Positions 1 through 12,949 of a DNA stretch of 64,000 bases are shown here, one piece after another; the first letter of the stretch is position 1; each line of letters starts with the position of its first letter. The translations under genes and the position numbers were made by a program. This stretch comes from Camelus ferus (Eukaryota): contig NC_045696.1 in assembly GCF_009834535.1 (NCBI RefSeq), positions 48,052,001 through 48,116,000 on the forward strand. The letters are read 5' to 3'. The notes beneath the pieces are model-generated. The model saw only the letters and a list, made by a program, of their open reading frames with translations, did no database searches and had not been told where the DNA came from.

Positions 1-138
1 ACAAACTACTAAGTGTAAGATGGGCTACAAAGGTGTATTGTACAATGTGGGGAATATAGCCAGTATTTGGTAATAGCTATAAATGGAGTGTAACATTTTA
101 AAATTGTATGCAAAATAGAAAAACTGAAATCAGGAAAA
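1..138 (+). mobile_element. L1 3' UTR tail fragment (L1MA9/10-like), truncated by window start
   Basis: acaaactact...gtattgtacaatgtggggaatatagccagtatttggtaat followed by an A-rich tail resembles mammalian L1 3' ends. Confidence 0.75.
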
Positions 139-159
139 AGAGCTGTAGCTATCGTGTAG

Positions 160-250
160 ATTTGTCTTAAAGATTAAATGAAATAATCCATGTAAAGTAG
201 TTTCACCCTGTATGGTGCACAGTTTGCCCTCAGTAAATATGTTTCCTACT
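160..250 (+). mobile_element. MIR SINE 3' fragment
   Basis: gattaaatgaaataatccatgtaaag...ctcagtaaatatg resembles the MIR 3' end. Confidence 0.6.
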
Positions 251-769
251 ATTGCTGTTGTTCCTATTCTTTCTACATCATCTTTGTCTTACAGTCTGTT
301 GTATGGCTCTTTATACGTCATCAGTATATAGACTGTTTTACAGCTCAATATCAATTTTTCTGCCTCATTCACCCCAATATGATCTGAAGTGAATCTTCCT
401 CCCTCCCTCTCTGTCTCTGTTTCTCTCTCCATCTTTCTTTTTACTCTAGCTCTTGTAGGTGCCAAGAGTTTTAGGTTTAAGCTCATCTGGGACTCTATTT
501 ATTTACTGCTTTGCCTTTATTTTTGTTCACTACTCATCGTGTCCTTTCTTTTTGACTTTCTGAATTGGAAACTTTATACCTGAACTTGATGGAAAGTCAA
601 TCTGCTGTAGTTCTGAAGCTGCTATCTGTGTGAAGCTCCAGTAATAACTGCAGAAACTACAGAAGCTTTTAAATCAGCAGAGTTCACCTTGCTGTTCTAA
701 TTTAAACTTATTTTGGATAGTTCTTGGATAGTGCAGTTTCTGAGGTCTTCGATTATTAATCTGATGTTT

Positions 770-1204
770 TGATTACCGAGTCCAAGCTTATACCGCTCAC
801 CACATGACAGGCCAATAAACTGAGAAACTTGAGTTGCTGGGGCAAGGAATAGTGCCTTTATTTGTAAAGTCAGGAGACTGAGAACATGTTGGACTAATAT
901 CCCAAAGAACCATCTTCCCCGAGTTAGAATTCAGGCTTCTTTTATACTGAAAGAGAAGAGGGTAGAGTCCTGGTTCTGGCCAGACTCTGGAGGGTATGTG
1001 TTAATTTCTTCCTTCCTGCAGCCATTCACAGATGGGCCAGGTCATGATACTTCCTGTGAGCTAAACAAAGGTGTTTTAGCTTAACGCTCATTACCTGGGC
1101 AGCAGGGTTCCCAGAGATGGGCCATTACGTATAATTCAAGCTTATAAGCAACATCCCTTTAGTGATTAGCTTGTAATAGAACACAAAGGTTCTTCCCCGT
1201 TACA
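770..1204 (-). mobile_element. ERV1-class solo LTR (MER34A-like)
   Basis: TG...CA ends; on the minus strand a TATA (ttttata 940-946) precedes AATAAA (tttatt 857-862); minus-strand end ...TTTATTGGCCTGTCATGTGGTGAGCGGTATAAGCTTGGACTCGGTAATCA resembles the MER34A-family U5. Confidence 0.75.
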
Positions 1205-1567
1205 TTTTGAATTATTGAACATGATCATGTCCATTTCTCCATTAAAAAATCTGCTGATGCCAGCACTCTTCATTCACACAGCATCCTATTCAGAGGCAAG
1301 TTCGAGTCGGGGGCAGCTGTATGTACCAAGTCTCTTCTCTAGGACAGTGGCCCCACCTCATGTTGCTGTCTTTGTGTAGGGCAACTGTGAGAGTAGCCTG
1401 TAAGGGGAACAGCCTGAGTTTGGGTGTCCAACTGCTTGACCTTGAATGAGATTTCTTTGAGAGATCCTGGAAATGGCTGCTATCCAACTCCTGGAAACCT
1501 TGGGGGAAGTAGATAGCATGTGAAGCCTTTTTCACTGGGAGTAGGAGCCGCTGGTCCCTTCTTGCTC

Positions 1568-1580
1568 GTTGCCAGGCAAC
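1568..1580. promoter_or_regulatory. Perfect palindromic RFX X-box motif
   Basis: GTTGCC-A-GGCAAC matches the X-box consensus GTNRCC(N0-3)RGYAAC; function not shown. Confidence 0.3.
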
Positions 1581-2399
1581 TCAGAGTCACCTATGATCAT
1601 TCCCTGGACAATCCTGCATGCCACCACAATAAGTTAATTATGATATCTAAAATTAGTAACTAATAAATTATTAAGATCTAAAAATTAGTAATTCACTAGT
1701 GATCTTATCAACAATGACTAATTAATAGATCTAATGATAACTTATGAGATCTTAATAAAGCTGAAATTAAATTGAATAGGAAATGGAAATCATGTTAATA
1801 ATGTGGGGAAGTTATATGAGATGCACTAAAAGCCAGATACAAAAGTTTAGAGTTGCTATGACAAGAAATGAGGATCCATAGAGGGTTTTTAAGTCAGAAA
1901 ATTGCACATGAAGGGAGCATTCAGGGATTACTGGTCCAGCAGCAATAATCAACCAATTAGGCAGGAGATGGTGAGAGTGAGGGAAGGCTGTTCTAGAGCC
2001 TGGACTACAAGCGGTAACAGAGGAACTAGAATACACGTTAAAAGGAAATGATGGACAGAAATTGTGATCAACTGGAATCCAGGAATCTGAAGTGGAAACT
2101 GTATACCTGAACTAGATGGGAAGTAAATCTACTATAATTTGGAAGCTGTCATCTGTGCAAAGCGTGGCTCCTTTCTAGGCTATAGCAGGTTAGATTTAGC
2201 CAGTTTGTGAGGGTCTGACAGAAGAGAATGTCAAATGAGCTTCTTTGGAAGGAGAGGAAGCTACGTTTCAGACACACAGTGGGTCACTGCAGTGGAGGGA
2301 ATTCGCTGAGGAATTTAGAGAGAGAGATAAGGAAGCCCAAAGATAAACTTCAACAATTTCTACAGGGTTTTTGTTTTATTTTGTTTTGTTCTTAGGTTT

Positions 2400-2606
2400 C
2401 TGGAGTCAGAGAGACCTGAGTTTTAACCCTGTTCTTATCTGTTACATCTTGTACTAGTTCCTACATTTCTTTGAGCTTTAGTTTTCTAACCCTTAACCTG
2501 GGGAGGGGATTGTAACCACTACCCAGGGCATAATTTGAGAGTAAATGTGTTACAGTATATAAAGATATGGAGCACAGTGTTAAGCATGGAAAGCTCCCCT
2601 AAGTGG
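2400..2606 (+). mobile_element. MIR SINE
   Basis: tggagtcagagagacctgagttttaaccctg...tttgagctttagttttc...gcacagtg; degenerate MIR core. Confidence 0.65.
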
Positions 2607-2632
2607 AACATGATAAAAATATTACATGTTCA

Positions 2633-2800
2633 AGGGAGAGAGTATAGCTCAGTGGTAGAGTGTGTGCTTAGCATGCATGAGGTCCTGGGTCCAATCCCCA
2701 GCACCTCTACTTAAAAAAATAAGTAAATAAACTTAATTACATACCCCCCAAAAACAAAAAAAAAAGAAGCAAAAATGAAAATAAATAAAATTTTTAAAGT
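2633..2800 (+). mobile_element. tRNA-Ala-derived camelid SINE (Vic-1 type), full length
   Basis: tRNA-like head tatagctcagtggtagag...gcttagcatgcatgaggtcctgggtccaatcccc, A-rich tail, perfect 14-bp TSD atattacatgttca (2619-2632 / 2801-2814). Confidence 0.9.
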
Positions 2801-3730
2801 ATATTACATGTTCAGCTCTCCGTGATTGGAAGTGAGTATTGGGGATATTGAAATTGGGACTTGGAAGTGAGAAGAGGCAGGAAGTTTCTCTACAAGGTCT
2901 GGAGCGTCAAAAATTATACCCTCTGCTTTCTGAGTACAACATTTGAGTTATTATTCAGGTGAAGAGATTCTGGCTTTCTACCCTCAACATGGAGACTTTT
3001 TAAATCCCTTAGAGATTACCAGTGGGCCCTAAAAGGGAAAGTAGACCATAATGATGAGCGAGTCGTAAAATCCATCATTAATTTGTCCACTTTGATAGAG
3101 GTTATTTATTGAGATCAGTGCAAGTTTCACTGTCTTTGAATCACCACAGCCCAATATTGCTCTCTTTAAGGGGAAGCCACACGCTTCATCATGCACCAAA
3201 GGATTTAAAAATTACAGCTCCAAAGACCTGACAAAATACTTTCCTGTCCCACTGACTGACATAAAATGCAAATAATAATTCTGCATTACTTCCCCAGGAC
3301 ATCATATGGAATAACTAGTTAATAAATGTCAAGAGCCTAAAAAATAACGATTAAACATGAAATAAATACTAAACATTATTGTTATTTATTTTTCACCATC
3401 ATGGCTCTGTCTCTTTTCGGTGGCCTAGACCTTCTTTTTCTACAGCTGCAAAAATGCATTTGGTAATTATGAGAATTAATCAAGCCCCAAACGGGATTGT
3501 GGTGGTGGCAGACAACCTTAATTACAGTCAACGGAAAGTGAAGGTCATTGCTGGTTTGAATCCAGCATAGGTCATTGTAGCGAAAAAGCCATTAACCACT
3601 GATTGTGATTTTGTGCTCTGAACAGAATGAATTGCCGCCTCAGTCCAATTTCTTAGTAAACAGGCGTCCTGCACCCAAGCTAACAATCACAGAAAGGACT
3701 GACTGGCCCCTTTACTGGCAGCTTCGATAA

Positions 3731-3902
3731 GCAAGGGTTCTTAGCTCTGATTTTACCCAAAGAACTCTGTAAATGCAGATGCCGAGAGAGCACCAGGCCA
3801 GTGAAGTCAGGATCTCCAGGAGTAGAACCCAAGAATCAGGGTTTTAAAACATAACTCTCCAGGTGATTCCGGTGAGCAATGATATTTGCATACCTACCAC
3901 TG
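3731..3902. mobile_element. MER5A-like hAT-Charlie MITE
   Basis: aaatgcagatgcc...gaagtcaggatctccaggagtagaacccaagaatc...ctccaggtgattc...accactg. Confidence 0.65.
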
Positions 3903-4782
3903 TTCTATGGGAAGGAAAAGCCAAAAGCAACTCTTTTTCTCTCCTTAGCAAGTGTTTTTTCACAGTAATTTTGCAGTGAACGGCAACCTATAGCAGAGGG
4001 TTTATTTCAGTGATGCCATGTAAGGGAGATCCTGTAGATAACAGATAGCCTTCAGTTTATTTGGATGCCTAGTTGACAGCTCTGTTAGCCTGAGGACTAT
4101 TACGTTACTTTAAAAAAATGATTTTTAATCCCAGCCCCAGTCACCACTTGGATATTTGATGCTATAACCTGCCTGCAGACAAGGACATTTGAGGCCTATA
4201 AAAGGTTTCAGAGGTTTCTATACTCATATCTATTTATCACCCTGTTGATGCACAATTTAGATCTTTGCCTGAGGACAGGAAAGCGTTTGCACTTACTAAC
4301 TTTATACAAGAAATACAAATGCTTGATTTTTCACCTGCCATCCTCAACCCCCTTGGGTATAATTCGGTATATTAGGTACCCCGAGAAGTGAATGGTGAGC
4401 GACAAGAAAGTAAGCTACAAGCAATCACAGATACAGATTGTACTTGGAAAGGAAGCTAGACAGACCCGTGGGGAACACCTAGTATCTCAAGTGCCCTAGA
4501 GTTCCTCCAGATTCGGCTAGGTCAATAGTATCCTCTCTCCCCATTTTGTCCACTGTGTTCTCTTTTATTCAAGAGATAGTCAGGTGACTGGCAAGGCGGA
4601 GCAAACATGATGGCCTGCTCTCATCTCCTGCTCCCTAGAAGAGCTCTGTGTTTGATCACCATGATTGCACCCAGTGACCGAGGTTCAAGGGCCCCTGAAT
4701 TGCCAAACCTGGAAAAGGATATTCTGTACAACTGGATTAAATTCACTATCCAGGAATCAGGAATAGATTTTATATGATTATT

Positions 4783-5180
4783 CTTTTTTTCTTAACTTTT
4801 TAAAATTGAAGTATAGTTGATTTACAAGGTTTCAGGTGTACATTAAAGTGATTCAGTTATACATACATACATATATATATATAATCTTCTTTTTCAGATT
4901 CTTCTCCATTATAGGTTATTACAAGACATTGAATATAGTTCCCTGTACTATAGTAGGTTCTTGTTGTTGATTTTATATATAGTAGTGTGTATCTGTTAAT
5001 CCCAAATTCCCAATTCATCCCTCCCCCATTTCCCCTTATGGTAACTATACATTTGTTTTCTATGTCTTTGAGTCTTTTTCTGTTTTGTAAATAAGTTCAT
5101 TTGTATCATTTTTTAAAATTCCACATATAAGTGATATCATATATTTGTTTTTCTGTTTTCACTTAATATAATCTCTAATT
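4783..5180 (-). mobile_element. 5'-truncated cetartiodactyl-type L1 3' end
   Basis: poly(T) then aattgaagtatagttgatttacaa...attccacatataagtgatatcata; TSD-like attattctt on both sides. Confidence 0.9.
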
Positions 5181-5269
5181 TTGTATTATTATTCTTAAAG
5201 CACAAATCTGATCTCTTCTTTAGACTCTGAAAAACTCCTAGAATTTCAGAATAAGAAGGAATTCAACTT

Positions 5270-5380
5270 CCCTATTTTGGGGATGAAAAAACTGAGGACC
5301 ATAATCACACAGCTGGTTAGTGGGAGAACCAGAATTCAAGTTGAGATCTCCTAACCCCCACCAAGCTTTCTTTCCACCAG
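5270..5380 (-). mobile_element. MIR fragment
   Basis: ccctattttggggatgaaaaaactgagg...cacacagctggttagtgg. Confidence 0.65.
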
Positions 5381-6169
5381 TCACTGCCCCTGTTAGGACA
5401 ACTACATCTGTGTCGCCTACACTGTTTCAAAGCACGTACCTGACAGTGACAACAGGCTAGCAGTTCTGACTTATGAGGAGACTTGCTCGGGGTGGAGATG
5501 AGGCCATATCACCTTTCCTGTGTTTTTTCGCAGGGGTTGCCTTATTTTCATTAGAATTTTGCAGTGAAAAAATTTTCTGTAAAATATCTGAGCTCTTCAG
5601 AAAAACGTGGCATTGGTACAGTTATGTAAGAAGCAGATCTAGTAATCAACACATGGAATTGCAACACACTAGCTTTACTTTACCCTGTACAGAAACTTCT
5701 CTTCTTTCACTAAAACTATTGGACCCCTACGAATATCCTTTACTGTGTAAACTAACCTAAAAAACTTTAACATAAGATGCCAACAGTTGTGTTTTTGCTT
5801 TAGTAGTTCAGCTTAATAGTACTTTAAATTATGTACATGTATTAAAAATGGCACCAGAAGAATAGATGGGAAAGGCAAGCATTTATATTGTCCTTTTAAA
5901 AAAGCATGGAGTAAGTCCATATAGAAACATTCAGTATTCCAGCAGTGCATCATCATTAAATTTTCTGATTTTATGATTATGTCAAATTGCTTTCATAATG
6001 CTTAATTTCCCGTTTTACATATGATGTCGGTTTTTAAAGAAATTACAAATTACAACAGCTACTTGAGTGGTGATACAAGCAGATCACCATACAGTATATT
6101 AGAATGCAATTGCCTTTCCTACAAACCCTAATTTTAAAGTATTAAAAAGACAGCTACAGTAAAGGAAGT

Positions 6170-6415
6170 GATAGAAAACTCTCATCAAACTTGTGCTCTC
6201 GTGGACCTTATACACCAGTGGGGGGATATGATAATAAACAATATAATATGGGGTCAGAGATAAATGATATCAAGAAAAAATCAGCATGGCTTGAAAGGGA
6301 GGAATTAATAAGGAGTGCTTTTTAGAAAAGTCTGATAAGGTGACTTTTGGCAGAGATTTTAATAAAGAGACCAGGAGACTTATGTTGCTGTCTGGTAGAG
6401 GGGCATGTCCAGCTT
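6170..6415 (-). mobile_element. L2 fragment
   Basis: tgctctcgtggaccttatacaccagtggggg...tctgataaggtgacttttggcagaga. Confidence 0.55.
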
Positions 6416-9400
6416 AACAGATAATAAATAGTAGTTTAATGTTTAAAAAAACTATTTAGAAGAAGCTTCCTTACTCTGAAGTTTACTAATCAGAGTTCTC
6501 TGTTGCAAGTGACAGAAATGTAATTTAGTAGAAACAAATTAGTTTACAGATGCTCAGAGAGGGTTGAAAAACTTAGTGCAGACTTTTACAGCCAGGTCAG
6601 ATGAAAAAGTGGTCAGATGAAAAACACAGTGCTATTACCGAGAACGAGAACCCCAGCAGCTGGAGCCCCTAATGGTGCTGAGCAGGGGACTTGTGCTTTG
6701 CAGCAACTGCTTTGGTCCCCAGAGAACATTCTCTGGTCTCCACTTCTTCTGACCATCTTGCTGGTGGAAATCCAGAACCACTAAATCTGTTTAGCAGAGC
6801 CTAGGCATGGTATGCTCAGGTCCTCACTGCAAAGCATGAAGGATGGTGAATGATGGGCATTTTTAACTTTTATGATTTGAGAATTCCACACACACAGGAA
6901 GGGCTTTATCTGCTGGCTGCTCAGAAAGAATTACACATTCTACTTCAGCTGGGGTCTCTTACAACTCAAACAGTCTTTTGAAAGTAATCACATTTTATTA
7001 CCTGTCTCTAGTCTCAAAATGGTTAATAGCACTTTGGTATTTATAAAGATGACTTATTTATTTAAAATATTAAATATTCAGAGTAGTTACTATGTTTGCA
7101 TAAAGTCCAATATGCAGATGATCTAAGTGGGGTCTTGAGAGAGAAAAAGAATTTCACTTCAGCTAGAGATTTAGATTATATATAATGATGGGTATGTATA
7201 GTTTAGTCTAGAAATGGATTCTTGGGTTGTTACTGGATAAACATGAGAAGATACATTGGAAAAGATGCAGTTTGTATATGTAAGTAGGTTGGGTATATAT
7301 ATGTAGCTGGTTTCATTATCCTGTGAGAACATACACAGTACCATTCACAGTAATATTTAATTCTCAGTTGCTCCAATACCCAGACTGTTTTGTGAGGCTT
7401 CAATCTACTCCCAAATATTGGAGTATTCTAGGTACAAATACTTTACTCTGCTTCCTCCTTTAATTCTCAACTGGACCTCAAAACAGCACTGAAAAAGCTG
7501 AGTCTCAGAACATGTTTTATCAACATAACTATATGTTTCTACTCGTAAGTCTTCTTTTACAGAGGTCTGGAGCTGTTTAATCAGTTCAAGTAAGGGGAGA
7601 GCACAATGGCTATGATTTCATGGTGTTACCAACACTCCTTCCCCATGGGTCTTTGTCTTACTAGTACCATCACCATAAACAGCAATAAAATCTCCCTTTG
7701 ACTTCAATGAAAAAATGAAAACCCCTCCATAGACACAAGTAGACATCTGCAGGTGAAACTGCAGAAAAGGCAGTTTAGGTTCAGCTAAGACCCTCCGATA
7801 CTCCCACACTGATAAATAATAGAAAATGGACTTTGTGATGCTGTACAAGTTGGGTATGTTTGGTTCATACAACTACTTTTGTCTTTCTCTGGCCAGTGCA
7901 GAAGCTCAGGTGTCCAAACTACCCAAGATCCCTGTCCCAGTGGCTATTTTCAAATCAGATTGGGAAGTAATGGGCTTTTCACTTAGATAGTTAAATAAAA
8001 TCTGTTAAAATGTGCCATTAACACCAGGAACGTACCTGCCTGCCTCGGTTCAGATCAGAAACAGATCAATAAAGCTGAAAAGTCATCTGTTTCCTAACTG
8101 AGCAGCTTTGCTTGGCTGTTTCTGAGCTGTTAGTAGCTTGGGGAAAATGAAGTAACAAATTCACAACCACATATAGTTGAAAGCCTTGTATTTGTATGTG
8201 CATATTTTTCAGAGATCAAACTATATTTAAAAACTTAAATTTTTTTCTTTATAACAACCTATTACAGGAATGAGAGATTAGTACCAAGATTTTATGGAGA
8301 AGGTTGAGTTGCTGTGAGAGAGTGACACAGTAAAAGGTGACTAAACCACTTCCAGACTGTGAGTCTCTGGCCCAAAGCTCTTCTTGGAGTCTGTGTGATA
8401 ATGGCATTTAAAATAGTGATCTCTGGTTATATATGTTCCTCTCCTTTATATGTCAGTATTTAAATGACATTTTATATGTGCACTTTCCATCTTGATTTTT
8501 TATTATTTAAGTCCTTTGAAAATTGCTTTTCCTTATCTAAATTTCTATTCATATGCATCTTGAATTTAGTATTTTGTCCAGTGTGAACGCATTTTGGGGT
8601 TTATGGGAACATGGATTCACATCATGTGGAATTCAGTGTAGCAGTTCTATCTTAGACTCTGGGTATCTCATTTTCAGCATTTCTGTATGAAAGTTGTCAA
8701 TCTCTCCCTTAATATTGGTCCTAGAGAGTGTCCCATGCCAGCCTAATTGACAGTTTACTATTTTCTCTGAACTAGAAGCAGATATTGTCCTGTCCGCTGT
8801 GTGCAGGGTCATCAGTACATACTTCAAGCTCCATTTGTAAAACTGACTTGGTCATAATATCCCTCAGTTTGTTTTTTTATTTTAGCTAATGAATATGATT
8901 TTGTCTTTCCCAAATAATTACGTAGATTTAACAGGTTGTAAAGATCCCAAATTTTGCCTTTGAGACATGGCAGTTTTGTATTGCTATCCTTTCTTCTCAA
9001 AATCGAATACTGCCTAAAGAGTTTTAAAAAAAATAAACATTTTTGACCTCCAGTATAAATTGCATATCTCAGAGGAGTTCATGGTGCTCTGAAGATATTG
9101 TACTTTCACAACAATATTCCTGCAATGTACATGGGGAAATATTTTAATAATCTTTTTTTTATTATCATCAACAAATATTGAATGAGATTTTATTATGCTA
9201 AGGAAGTAGGGAGCAAAGATGTTTAAGGTTGTATAAGCCTCCCACTTATATGTTAGATGGAGACTTATTCACTAAAAGCTAAATAACAATGCAAAATGTA
9301 TGCTAAGTATGTTAAGTGAAGCTCACGTTACAAAGAAGCGCTTCCACTTACAAGCCTTCAAAGTAGGAAACATTGTTGCTATGAAATATGCTCTTGGCCA

Positions 9401-10495
9401 GAGCAAAAGCAAGTCAATCCAGCATGCCAGCAGCAGATGGTGTGATGGCCTCTTGTAGAAGTTAGTTTGGCCTCACAATTAGATGGGACTTTAAACAGCC
9501 TTTCAGACCCTAATGATTTTAAGTATTGTAAATGCCAAATTAATTCAGCAATGAATGCCAAAGACTGAAGTAGTTGGAGAATATGAGTCTTAGATACACT
9601 TTAATGGAAGAGTTGGACATAGTAGACAGCAGGAAAACAGAATAAAGGAAATAGATAAAAATGTGAATGGCCATTTAGGGAATAATAAGCAGACTTGGTA
9701 GGATTAGTGAAGTATTTCTCTAGACGTTTAATGTGTTACAAATTTGGAGAGGTAGGTAGAGGGCAGATTGAAAGTTTGAAAGCAGAGACTGATACGTGCA
9801 AAAAATGTGTTAAGTGTTTGGGGTCTGTTACTGAGAGCAGGTTGAAATCAAGGGAACCAGTTTGGAATGAGAAAGGAAGGGAACTACAGTTATTAAGCAG
9901 CTGGTATGTTCAGGTTACTGTGGTATGTGCTTAGCATTTGCTTCTTCACTTGACTTCAGAAACTACTGTCAGAATATAAGTAGGATGTCATAAAGCTCAC
10001 GGACAAGGGTAGTATTAATAGGAGTGGAAAGAAAGGAGTAGTTTTTAATTGACAAGACAAGAAGCCTGATTCTAAGCAACAAAAGAAAGATGAGTCAAGA
10101 ATATCTCAAGTGTTTGAACGGAGTTTGGGGCACAAACATTCAGGTGTTGAGAGGAAGAAGAAAAATAGCAGAGATGACAAAGATAAAGAGCTTGAGCTGA
10201 AGGAGAATTGGGGCATGCAGAGTAGTAGATACCTAGGCATGACACAGTTTTAATACTAAAGGGGAAACTTTCACCAGGTCCCCCAGCTTCCAATATTGTC
10301 ATTGTCTACCCAATGCCTAATCAGGCTGCTAGGTAATAAGGGAAGGGGCATTTTCTAGGTTGGCAGAAAAATAAGGAAAGACATGGATTATAAATACCAT
10401 ACATGAAGGGGCCAATATAGAAATGGATCTGAAATTAGGGTTTGGGTTGGGCAACTGAAAAGTTGAATCAGAATGAGGATACAGTTTTTGGAGGG

Positions 10496-10830
10496 TGTCT
10501 CAGACTGTTCAGGATGCTGTAACAAAATACCATAGGCTGGATGGCTTAAACAACATTCCTTTCTCACAGTTCTGGAGGCTGGGAAGTCCAGTAACATTGC
10601 TGGCACACCTGGTGTCTGGTCAGAGCCGGCTTCCTGGCCTGCAGATGGCCACCTTCTCAGTGTACTCCCACATGGCAGAGGCTTTCCTTATGAAGGCACT
10701 AATCCCACTTGTGAGAGCTCCCCCTGCAAGACCTAATTACCTCTGAAAGGCCCCACCCACAAGTACTATGCAGTGGGATTTAGGTTTCAACATGAATTTG
10801 GAAGGAGACACAAAGATGCAATCCATAATA
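10496..10830 (-). mobile_element. MaLR solo LTR (MLT1A/MLT1A0-like)
   Basis: tgctgtaacaaaataccataggctggatggcttaaacaac...tctcacagttctggaggctgggaagtcc...gcactaatccc...tttcaacatgaatttg. Confidence 0.85.
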
Positions 10831-12949
10831 AGGAGGCCTGGAATAGGGATAATGGTGTCTGTGTTCTGTTTTGGAATTGACTAAATATTTTTGAGGAAAA
10901 AAAAGCAGGTGGGGAGAAGTAGCAGGCTGACAGTGGTGCTGTAGCAGGATGGTGCACTGTGGGAAACAGGACAGATTTGTACAGAGAGTCAGTAAAACAA
11001 GCTAAGGAAATGTGTTAAGAAGGTATTGCAATAATTCAGGGGTGGGTTACTGAACACCTAAATTGAAGTTATGACAATGAGAACAAAAATTAAGACAGAA
11101 AGAGAAACAGGAACATATTTGATGGCTGAATTGAGTCACCTGCATTTGGCCACAGGTTAGAAAGCTCCTAGTGATTTTCTGCTGAATATTTTCGGAGGTG
11201 CAAAAGCAACTCTGTAATGTGGTAGTGAAATACAGTGGCTTCTGGCCTTGGAGTGTTAGGTTTGTTGCAGCTGTAAATCGCTGTATAAATACCTTCCAAC
11301 AGAAAATCCTCTGGTGTCAGACACAAAATGTATAAACACAAAATGTAAAACTGAGACAGAGGAGAGCTGATACTTTTAAAAATAAATAATTCAATAGTAA
11401 AAGACTTTGACATAAAAATTAATTGGAAGTCAGACAGTTCACCTACATGGATTATCTACTATGCCCATGTCTAATTATGTCACCACAGATGAATACACTC
11501 TGAAAAACCGGACAGAACATTTTGCATGTGTCAGAGATATTTCTCTTCAATTTTATGGATTTTTATACATGAAATCACTTTAAACATTAGTGGCAAATTG
11601 CTATAATTAGAAAACTATACTACCATAAATTTTCACCAGAAAAAAATGATTCCTGGTCATTTTGAGGTGTTATAACCTTTCCATTTTACCTGATAGGAAT
11701 ATCATAGGACCGCAGAAAGTGGCATCTTTTCTCTGGGAAATACCTTGCTATCCTGAAATTCAGCAAATGCTGTAAATGCATAGGTGTCAAAGTGTGTAGT
11801 ACATATTTTTTACTGGAATATTTGCCTAATCCTTTAACTGCCGTCAGTAGCAGCACATATTTCAATTCTTTGACTAGATTAGAATGCCAAGCAATATAAT
11901 TTCTGATTAATTTGTGCTGAAAATTAAGTGATGCCATTTGTCCTGTTTGTTTTGTTTTTTCATTTGTTTTATTTTGTAAAGTCAACATGTTTTAAGAAGT
12001 TTAGTTCAAACTATTCGCATGCATCTTTGCCATCAATACCTCTATAATCAACAGGCAAGTTTCCAGAAAATATCCACAGAGTGTAATTATGAATTATGAC
12101 TTTAAATCCAGTTCCTACCACGGCACCTTATCGTTCTCAACCCATAGATATAGCAACACTTAGTGAGGGACACTACATCTTATCAGGATCAGCACAATGT
12201 AGTCTCTTAATTTATATCCACATGAAACCTACAGACAGATTGTTGGCGGTAGGCGAGATGGAATACACAGTGATAACATCTAAGACCAGCATACAGAAGA
12301 AAGTTCACTAAGTACACGCACCCTGAGCTTCCATAGCTCAATGTTATTGGCTGCCCTTACGGCGGGTATATATGCTACTCCTCTAGTCTCCTGATGCTTG
12401 AGGGTTGAGGCTCAGTCCAGAGGCTCTGGAGTAATCTTTGGAGAACTCTTGTACCAGATTCAATCCACAGGCATGGCCTACCCACCCCTTGGAAAAGCAA
12501 AATCATCTATTGCCACAAGTCAAATAATGGACCATCACAGACACCCACCTGCATGACCTTATATCCCTATTTGAGGAAATACGTGTGTTTAGAAAATTTT
12601 AGTTTAGATCGACTGGGTAGTTTTAAAATGGATTTTTTTTGTTGTGTTGCATAATTCTAGAATAAATGTAAATAATTTGTAAAAGGCTAACTCTGATCAG
12701 TTCCCATGTTATTATGTCAAAGCAGTGGACTGTAAGTGTTCACTACATTTAGGTCTTAGGCTGCTGGAGATTTGACAATGTCATCTTCACTTCTATATAA
12801 AATTTTTGATATATGCACTTGCTAATTTTGTGTGTGATGTCATTGAAAAATTCATCCTATGCAACAATTACATCACAACTGGAGGTTGGTGCTTTTACAT
12901 GCTCTGTTGTTGTACATTCATAACCTCCATAGGTAACCACTTGTTATAT

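Noticed and set aside
2633..2710. Apparent tRNA-Ala genes (also 14613-14693)
   Set aside because: A-rich tails, TSDs and disrupted stems show they are SINE heads, not tRNA genes.
3051..3115. ATGATGA box C-like motif suggesting a C/D snoRNA
   Set aside because: No appropriately placed CTGA box D or terminal stem.
6595..6624. Short direct duplications (ggtcagatgaaaaa x2; similar ones at ~11321, ~47612, 53416-53441)
   Set aside because: Ordinary 12-16 bp slippage duplications, common in mammalian neutral DNA.
7618..7872. Minus-strand 84-aa ORF with an acceptor-like ctgcag before MSTCVYGG...
   Set aside because: No recognisable homology and no convincing partner exons.
12090..12560. Slightly CpG-richer unique stretch considered as a processed pseudogene or NUMT
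   Set aside because: No recognisable protein or mitochondrial similarity by eye, and no poly(A) or TSD.
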